A stretch of DNA of 64,000 nucleotides from an uncultured Clostridia bacterium (GTDB lineage: Bacteria; Bacillota; Clostridia; Christensenellales; Borkfalkiaceae), in contig CAKQMB010000015.1 in NCBI GenBank assembly GCA_934254825.1, forward strand, positions 1,950 to 65,949, given 5' to 3'. Below are positions 32,624 through 39,642 of this stretch, one piece after another. Under the pieces are notes generated by a model that saw only the letters and a list, made by a program, of their open reading frames with translations, did no database searches and was not told the origin of the DNA. Made by a program: the position numbers and the translations under genes. Position 1 is the stretch's first letter. Each line of letters starts with the position of its first letter.

Positions 32624-34531
32624 ATGAGAAATTCTAAAAGAAATATTATCGTTTCGGCGATAATGGTAATCGCGCTCTGCTTCGGCGTTATGGTCGGCGG
32701 AACGTATGCGTGGTTCACGGACACCGTGAGCAGTAACGTATGCAAAGTAGAGTCCGGAACGCTCAAAGTGGATCTCGAAATGCAGAAAGACGACGGAACG
32801 TGGGTTTCCGCCAAAGGCGAAACTTTGATGTTCAAAGTAAACGGAGCAACTCCCGCAGTCGGTACCAGGATTTTGTGGGAACCCGGTTGCACTTACGAGC
32901 TTCCCGCTCTTCGCGTAAAGAACAATGGTAGCCTTACTCTTAAATATAAGGTAAGAATTACCGGTCTTAACGGCGACGCTAAGCTTAACGAAGCGATCGT
33001 CTGGACAATGAACGATCTTCCCGTTGCGGACTCGGAAGCGACTCTTGCTCCCGAAGCTACGTCCGACGCTTTGCTCGTTAAAGGTCACATGCTTACGACG
33101 GCAGGCAACGAATATCAGGGCTTGTCTATCGAAAGCGTCGGTATAACCGTATACGCAACTCAGGCAACAGGCGATTGGGATAGCAATAGCGACGATTACG
33201 ATAGCGACGCTACATATTATCCCGTTCTCGACGCGGCAGGAATGAAAGCCGCGCTTGCAAGCGGCGGAAACGTCGAACTTAACGATAACATCGTTGCGGA
33301 CGACACTCTCGTTGCGGAAAAGAACGCGACTGTCGATATGAACGAAAAGACCCTTTCCAACACCGAAGACATTTGGGATAAAACCCCCAACGCCTGGTCG
33401 TTGATTTCCGCTCGCGGAGAAGACGTCGAACTCGTCGTTAAAGGTAACGGAACCGTTTCCGCAAAGGAAAACGATTGCTATGCGGTAGACGTTCAGGAAG
33501 GCGCAACCGTAGTTATCAAAAACGGAACGTTTATCGGTAACATTCACGCGGTTTACGTTGAAAAAGGTAAAGCTATAATCGAAGGCGGATTTTATTCCGT
33601 TCAGCAGAAATATCCCGACGCTTCCAAGGCAGACGGATTTGTTCTTAACTGCTACGACGCAAACAGAGAGGCAGGCACTGCTTCTATCGTTGTTACGGGC
33701 GGAACGTTCGTAAACTTCAACCCTGCGGATTGCTGGGCAGAAGGCGCGCACACCAATTTTGTTCCCGCGGGTTACACGGTTATCGAAGAAGCTAAGGGCG
33801 CAGACACCTGGTACACCGTCGTTGCAGGCAGCGGAACGGGCGTTGTTGCGGGATCTGCCGAAGAAATCGCGGACGCTATCAATAATAACACCGAAGTTAC
33901 CGTAAAGATTACCGAAGCGGGCGATTACACGCTTCCCGCATTGAGCGGTAAGGACGTTACTATCGTAGGAACGAAGGACGTAGTTATCGATATGAAAGAA
34001 AAGCTCAACAACGGAGCTTCGAACGTAAGTCTTGAAGGCGTAACCGTCGAGTTCGGTTCTTCCGACTATAAAGGTTTCCAGCATACCGGCAAACTTACTT
34101 ATAAAGATTGCGTAATTAAAGGCAAACAGTTCCTTTACGGAACGGAAGTCGAGTTCATCGGCTGCACGTTCGTACAGGATGTTGTCGATTACAACGTTTG
34201 GACTTACGGCGCAGGCAAAGTTCTTTTCGAGGACTGCGTATTTAACTGCGTCGGTAAAGCCGTTCTTATTTACAACGAAGGCGCTATCTCTGCACAGACT
34301 GTTGAGTTCAAAAATTGTAAATTCAACGCTTCTGCTCCCGTAGCGGATAAAGCGGCAATCGAAATCGATGCGAGATTTACGAGTTACAATGTAATTATCG
34401 ATAAAGCTACTTCCGAAAACGTGACCGGCTTCGGCACGGAAACCAAGAGCGGTAGTTCCGTATGGAATAAAAAAGCGGGAGACAAACCGACGACTGTTAC
34501 TGTTGGCGGCGTAGTCGTTCTTTCTGCTTAA
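32624..34531 (+). CDS. SipW-cognate-leader TasA-fold N-module fused to GGxF beta-helix plus Cys-rich (CxF) beta-helix region (635 aa)
   Basis: The N-terminal approximately 110 aa are nearly identical to the 30992 paralog. GNEYQGLSIESVGITVYATQ; IKNGTF, IEGGFY, VTGGTFVNFNP; C-terminal FIGCTFVQ, FEDCVFNCVGKAVLIY, FKNCKFNAS. Confidence 0.85.
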   Translation: MRNSKRNIIVSAIMVIALCFGVMVGGTYAWFTDTVSSNVCKVESGTLKVDLEMQKDDGTWVSAKGETLMFKVNGATPAVGTRILWEPGCTYELPALRVKNNGSLTLKYKVRITGLNGDAKLNEAIVWTMNDLPVADSEATLAPEATSDALLVKGHMLTTAGNEYQGLSIESVGITVYATQATGDWDSNSDDYDSDATYYPVLDAAGMKAALASGGNVELNDNIVADDTLVAEKNATVDMNEKTLSNTEDIWDKTPNAWSLISARGEDVELVVKGNGTVSAKENDCYAVDVQEGATVVIKNGTFIGNIHAVYVEKGKAIIEGGFYSVQQKYPDASKADGFVLNCYDANREAGTASIVVTGGTFVNFNPADCWAEGAHTNFVPAGYTVIEEAKGADTWYTVVAGSGTGVVAGSAEEIADAINNNTEVTVKITEAGDYTLPALSGKDVTIVGTKDVVIDMKEKLNNGASNVSLEGVTVEFGSSDYKGFQHTGKLTYKDCVIKGKQFLYGTEVEFIGCTFVQDVVDYNVWTYGAGKVLFEDCVFNCVGKAVLIYNEGAISAQTVEFKNCKFNASAPVADKAAIEIDARFTSYNVIIDKATSENVTGFGTETKSGSSVWNKKAGDKPTTVTVGGVVVLSA

Positions 34532-34627
34532 ACATAACTGACAAATTTAAATTTTCGGTTTGCGCAGCGGCGAAAAACAAAAATCAAAAAAGTTTTTCAC
34601 CGCGGCGCGACAAGGAGATTAAAATCA

Positions 34628-36970
34628 ATGAAAAACACAAAACGCAATATAATCATTTCGGCGATTTTGTCGCTTTGCCTTTGCGTAAGTCTGATTGCGG
34701 GCGCAACGTTCGCTATCTTCACTTCGGAAAGCAAAGTAAATATCGCCGTAACAAGCGGTAAAGTGAACGTTGTGGCGACAATTCCGGAAAAAAATCTGAA
34801 ATTATCTTCGCTTAGCGACATAGATCCCGTTACGTTTACGGGAACTACCGTCGACCGCACTGCGGAAAAAACTTTCCTTGCGGGCGGCACGGCGACTTTA
34901 AACGGCAACACGCTTACGCTTGACAGAATTATGCCCGGCGATAAAGCGGAGTTTGTGATCATTATTCATAATGACAGCAACGTAAACGTTCAGTTCAGAA
35001 CTATGGTCAAAGCCGAGAATGACAACGGATTGTTTGCGGGCTTGAATTTCAAAATCTGCGAAAGCGAAAACGTTGCCGTGTCCTCGTGGCAAACGATGGC
35101 GGTCGGCGCGGAAGATATAGTTTACGGTTGTTATGTCGAGCTTCCCGCGTCCGCGGGCAACGCTTATCAGGACAAAGCGTGTAACCTTGTTTTCGCGGTA
35201 GAAGCAGTTCAGGCTAACGTCAAAACGAAAAACGATATTCATTATCCCGTTAATGCCGACGGTTTGAAGTCTTCGCTCGAAGAAGGCGGAACCGTTTACG
35301 TTACTAAGGATATCGCGATTGACGAAACCAAAACGGACGCTAATGATCGTACTATAATCAGTACACCTACGACAATCAATCTTAACGCAACGATTACCGT
35401 TCCCGGTTCTTTGGAAAACAGCAATAACTGGGCGGCACTTTACATAAATGCCGACACGACGATCAATGCGGAAAACGGCGGAATTACCTGTCTTGATAAG
35501 GAAAGCGGCTCGTATATGGGCGGTCCTTATGTCGCGCATATAGTCGCAATGGGCAAAACCGTTACCGTAAACGGCGGAACATATTATGGCGGCGGTACTA
35601 TTTTCAACGTTCAGGCAGGAACACTTATCGTAAACGGCGGTTTCTATGAGGTTTATCCCGATATAGATACAAACGATTACAGGTATGTGCTGAACTGCGT
35701 TGACGCAAATTACAGAAACGGTACAGCCAATATTATCGTAAAAGGCGGAACGTTCGTAAACTTCGACCCGTCGAACAATGCGGCGGAAGGCGCAGGCACT
35801 AACTTTGTCGCCGACGGTTATGCGGTTATCCCCGAAGTCAAAGGCGAAGACGTCTGGTACACGGTTGTCAAAGCCGACGAAGTAAGACTTACGTTGGAGC
35901 AGTTCAATGCGCTTACCGAAATTCCCGCAAACGTCGAACAGATTTACCTTGATTTGGGAGATACGACCGTTAAGTACGGCGAAACCCTGACGATAGGTAA
36001 CGATTCTATGGCGGACTCGTTTGCTTATATCGACAAAAACGGCAATGCCGTTAAGGGTAACAGTGTAAACATTAAGTATTTCGCTTCCAAAGAGCTTGCC
36101 GAGGCGGCGGTTATTCCCGAAGGATACAGAGTTAACTGTATAAGAAATATGGGCGGTACCGCGGGCGAAAACGGCGGTCCGAGCTATACGGTAATTCTCG
36201 AAACGGCAAAAAAGGGAATAAATCTTGTCGTATCGGGTAAAGTCACGGTAACGGATATGCCGTCGCTCACCGAATTTACGATGGGCAACGGCGCGGATAT
36301 TCAGTTTGCCGTTCCCGGAAACTCGGTCGTTATTGCCGACGGTCTCGAAATCGACGGACTTTATAAAATCTGGACGAAAAGAGAAAGCGGTTTCATTTCG
36401 GCGAGATTTGCGCACAAAGTTCCCGAACTCGTTATGAGAAACTGCAAGCTCAACGGTTGTTGGCTTACGGACGGTATTTCGTTCGAAAAAGCAACTTTTG
36501 AAAACTGCGAATTCAACACCATGGCGTTCAAGGACGTCAAAAACTCCAATCCCATGTGGTGGAGAATGACGACGAAATCGGAAGTTAAATTTAACGGTTG
36601 CACGTTTACGTCTATTCTTCCCGTTAAATTCGAATCGCCGAGAGTAACTCCCGTTCTCGAAATTACGGATTGCAAGTTCGATATCTGTAAATCCGATATT
36701 TACAAAGACGACATAAGAAATTACGGCGTTATTTTCTCCACGCAGGACGCGGAGATAAAATTCGGCGACGTAACTCTTACCGGAAACAAGCTCCTCAACG
36801 AAACAAGCGGTCTCGTTTGTTTCTATAACGAAAAAACTTCCTGGATCGACGGTTGTCATCTCATTATGAACGATAACGACGTTAAGGAAGGCGGAGTAGT
36901 CTTTATGTACAAATCGGGTACAGCGGTTACGGACAAGGATTATTTCGAAGGTAACGACTTCGAAAAGTAA
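34628..36970 (+). CDS. SipW-cognate-leader TasA-fold N-module fused to beta-helix regions (780 aa)
   Basis: LIAGATFAIFTSESKVNIAVTSGKVNV; MPGDKAEFVIIIHNDSNVNVQFRT; AGNAYQDKACNLVFAVEAVQ. Then VNGGTYYGG, VNGGFYEV, VKGGTFVNFDP. C-terminal MRNCKLNGC, FENCEFN, FNGCTFTS, ITDCKFDIC. Confidence 0.85.
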   Translation: MKNTKRNIIISAILSLCLCVSLIAGATFAIFTSESKVNIAVTSGKVNVVATIPEKNLKLSSLSDIDPVTFTGTTVDRTAEKTFLAGGTATLNGNTLTLDRIMPGDKAEFVIIIHNDSNVNVQFRTMVKAENDNGLFAGLNFKICESENVAVSSWQTMAVGAEDIVYGCYVELPASAGNAYQDKACNLVFAVEAVQANVKTKNDIHYPVNADGLKSSLEEGGTVYVTKDIAIDETKTDANDRTIISTPTTINLNATITVPGSLENSNNWAALYINADTTINAENGGITCLDKESGSYMGGPYVAHIVAMGKTVTVNGGTYYGGGTIFNVQAGTLIVNGGFYEVYPDIDTNDYRYVLNCVDANYRNGTANIIVKGGTFVNFDPSNNAAEGAGTNFVADGYAVIPEVKGEDVWYTVVKADEVRLTLEQFNALTEIPANVEQIYLDLGDTTVKYGETLTIGNDSMADSFAYIDKNGNAVKGNSVNIKYFASKELAEAAVIPEGYRVNCIRNMGGTAGENGGPSYTVILETAKKGINLVVSGKVTVTDMPSLTEFTMGNGADIQFAVPGNSVVIADGLEIDGLYKIWTKRESGFISARFAHKVPELVMRNCKLNGCWLTDGISFEKATFENCEFNTMAFKDVKNSNPMWWRMTTKSEVKFNGCTFTSILPVKFESPRVTPVLEITDCKFDICKSDIYKDDIRNYGVIFSTQDAEIKFGDVTLTGNKLLNETSGLVCFYNEKTSWIDGCHLIMNDNDVKEGGVVFMYKSGTAVTDKDYFEGNDFEK

Positions 36971-37039
36971 TTAAAAACACATAAAGAGCGGTAGGTTCGG
37001 GGTTTTCCGAACGCGGACAACCCCAAACTCGCCGAAAAT

Positions 37040-37100
37040 CGAAGAGGTACCTCTTCTGTGATTACTTCGTAATCACAGAAATAGTCTTAAAGGCAAAAAA
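37040..37100 (+). promoter_or_regulatory. conserved twin-hairpin element, copy 2 (upstream of the gene at 37164)
   Basis: cGAAGAGgtacCTCTTC, then tGTGATTActtcgTAATCACa, then gaaatagtcttaaaggcaaaaaa. Hairpin 1 is identical to copy 1. Hairpin 2 has a different sequence but the same structure. Confidence 0.6.
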
Positions 37101-37163
37101 GTCCGACTTATCAAGGGGTAAGTTTACTGCGAGGTAAACAAAAATATAAAAGGACAGATAAAA

Positions 37164-39497
37164 ATGAAAAAGAAAATTATTTTATCGGCAATTATGTCGA
37201 TAGTTCTCTGCGTGAGCCTGATTGCGGGCGCAACGTTCGCGATTTTCACGTCGGAGAGCAAAGTAAATATCGCCGTCACAAGCGGTAAAGTTAAAGTCGT
37301 TGCGACGATCGGCAATTTCAAAGCTTATTCGCCCGCGTCGATTTCCGCAGAAGACGGCAACGCAATTCTCGACGATACCGATATCGCCGACAATACCGAT
37401 GAAAACGTAAAAGTTTTCGGTAACGGCGGTACCGCCAAACTTAGTTATGCGGAAGACGGAACGGCAAATATCGAGCTTGACAACGTAACTCCCGGCGACA
37501 AAGTGTCGTTCACGATTACGGTTAAGAATTACAGCAACGTTAAAGTTCAATACAGAACAAGCGTTAAGGACGTTACCGCGGATTTAACCGAAGGCGAAGT
37601 CGCGTTGTATAACGGTCTTAAATTCACCGTCGGCGGAATGAGCGTAACGGGCGAGTCCGTATGGCAGGTTCTTGCTCCCGCGGCGGACGCCGAAAACGGC
37701 GACAACGTAGCGGTTTACGAATGCACCGTTGAGCTTCCTGCCACTGCCGGCAACGATTATCAGGGTAAAAAATGCGTTCTTAACTACCTTATAGAGGCAG
37801 TTCAGGGCAATGCTAAAACCTCGAACGCTACAACGGTTATCAAAGAACCCGTCGAAGGCGAGGCAAACCCCGTAACCGCGGCTATCGAAGAAGCTAAAAA
37901 CGATTCTACGACTACGTCTCTTACTATGGAAGTTCCCACGGGCGTTACGGCTTCTCTCGAAAGCGGCGTAATGAGCGAAAATTCTCAGTCCGCATTGAAA
38001 ATCATTTCTTTCGTCGGCGAACTCGACGAGAACGGCAAGCCCGCTTCTAAGGTAGACGTAATCACCGATTCCGTATATGCGGAAGGCGGAAACCTCAGCT
38101 ATCAGAGAGGCGCGGACTCCATATCGTTCAAAAACATTGAAATTCAGGCAGGCGAAGGAAACTTCGACGGTATCGTTTGCAAAAAGCTTGTTTACGAAAA
38201 TTGCGTAATCAGAGGAAAGCTTACTTTCTATGCGAATGCCGTAGTTGATTTTATAAATTGCGTATTCGAAAACGATATGGCAAATCAGTATTCTATCTGG
38301 ACCTGGGGCGCTTCGAAAATTACGCTTGAAGGCTGCACGTTCAACACGAACGGTAAAGCGGTTCTTCTTTACGGGCAGAGAACGGCTGATAATCCTACCG
38401 ATCTTATCGTAAACAACTGTGTATTCAACGATCGCAACAACGGTTCGAAAGAAAAAGCCGCTATCGAAATCGGTGACGATTACAATGCGACTTACAGCCT
38501 TACCATTGACGAAAACACCAAGGTAAACGGCTTTGCGGACGGCAAATATACCGGCAGTAAAATTTGGGCGAACAAAAATAAAATGGACGCCGCACATCTT
38601 ACCGTAGTTATCGCGGGTATAAGTCAGTACAGCTCTTTGGAAGACGCTTTCGGTCTCAAAGCGGGTTCTTTCAGTATTAACTCGGCTCTTGCCGCAGGTA
38701 CCGTTCTTGACGGAAAGGGTAAAGTAAACATTTATTTCTGGGCAGACTGTTACGTTGTGAATAATCTTACGATCAAAGGCGTTACGTTTGCCAACGGCGC
38801 AACGTTCAACGTTAAAAATAGCAACGTTAAATTCTCTGTCGAAGATTGCACTTTCTATGCCTGCGATCAGGATAAAGCTGCAATAATGCTCGATATCGAT
38901 AAAAACAACACGGTAACTTTGGCAGACGGAACAAAAGAAGCCAAGGGAAACAACGGCAGAAATAATATTCTCACGAACAGCGGAGCCGGAATGTGTTTGA
39001 ACCTCGAACAATCGACAGGCACGACAGGCGTTGATCTTGTCGTAAAAAATTGCGAGTTTATCGGCGAAAACGACAAAACGCTCAGCGCGTTCGGCGATAA
39101 GTACAATAACAAAGCGATCCCCGAGTTGAAAAACAAAAAGCGCGGTCACGCAATCGCTCTTAACGCAATAAGCGGCGGCGGCACGGCAGGAACGCTCAAA
39201 TCTCTTCTTATCGAAGGTTGCGTTATGGGCGGACTTCGCGGCAATGCAATTCAGCTTTACGGTTCTACCGGCGAAATTACAATCAAAGACACGAAAATCA
39301 ATTCGTGGGCTGTAAACGATACAAATATCGGATATGCTATCCGCGGCGATTATAAAGCAAACGGAAACAGAAAGCTCACTCTTACCAACGTTTATTACGG
39401 TCTTGACGAAATCGAGAATGACGCCGAGTATGGTCATGTGAAAGTCGGCGAATTTGCGGGAAACACCGACGGCAAGAGAGCGGCAGGAACTTACTGA
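37164..39497 (+). CDS. SipW-cognate-leader TasA-fold N-module fused to Cys-rich right-handed beta-helix-like regions (777 aa)
   Basis: LIAGATFAIFTSESKVNIAVTSGKVKV; TPGDKVSFTITVKNYSNVKVQYRT; AGNDYQGKKCVLNYLIEAVQ. Then YENCVIRG, FINCVFEND, LEGCTFNTNGKAVLLY, VNNCVFND, VEDCTFYAC, VKNCEFIG, IEGCVMGG. Confidence 0.85.
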   Translation: MKKKIILSAIMSIVLCVSLIAGATFAIFTSESKVNIAVTSGKVKVVATIGNFKAYSPASISAEDGNAILDDTDIADNTDENVKVFGNGGTAKLSYAEDGTANIELDNVTPGDKVSFTITVKNYSNVKVQYRTSVKDVTADLTEGEVALYNGLKFTVGGMSVTGESVWQVLAPAADAENGDNVAVYECTVELPATAGNDYQGKKCVLNYLIEAVQGNAKTSNATTVIKEPVEGEANPVTAAIEEAKNDSTTTSLTMEVPTGVTASLESGVMSENSQSALKIISFVGELDENGKPASKVDVITDSVYAEGGNLSYQRGADSISFKNIEIQAGEGNFDGIVCKKLVYENCVIRGKLTFYANAVVDFINCVFENDMANQYSIWTWGASKITLEGCTFNTNGKAVLLYGQRTADNPTDLIVNNCVFNDRNNGSKEKAAIEIGDDYNATYSLTIDENTKVNGFADGKYTGSKIWANKNKMDAAHLTVVIAGISQYSSLEDAFGLKAGSFSINSALAAGTVLDGKGKVNIYFWADCYVVNNLTIKGVTFANGATFNVKNSNVKFSVEDCTFYACDQDKAAIMLDIDKNNTVTLADGTKEAKGNNGRNNILTNSGAGMCLNLEQSTGTTGVDLVVKNCEFIGENDKTLSAFGDKYNNKAIPELKNKKRGHAIALNAISGGGTAGTLKSLLIEGCVMGGLRGNAIQLYGSTGEITIKDTKINSWAVNDTNIGYAIRGDYKANGNRKLTLTNVYYGLDEIENDAEYGHVKVGEFAGNTDGKRAAGTY

Positions 39498-39642
39498 GAA
39501 ACATATTATTCGACAGAATAATAAAAAACAGAACTGATTTCGGAGGGTTTCGGGTTGTCCGAAACCCTCCGACAAAAAAAGAACATTTGATAAAGTTTTA
39601 TATAAAGGTTGTTGTTATATAAACTTAAAAGGGGTTGAATTC

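Noticed and set aside
39500-39575. The hairpins after the 37164 gene (tattattc-gaca-gaataata and tcggagggtttcgg-gttg-tccgaaaccctccga) as intrinsic terminators.
   Set aside because: On the coding (+) strand both are followed by A-runs, not T-runs, and the next gene has no obvious promoter. They are more likely processing or stability hairpins within the operon, so they are not annotated as terminators.
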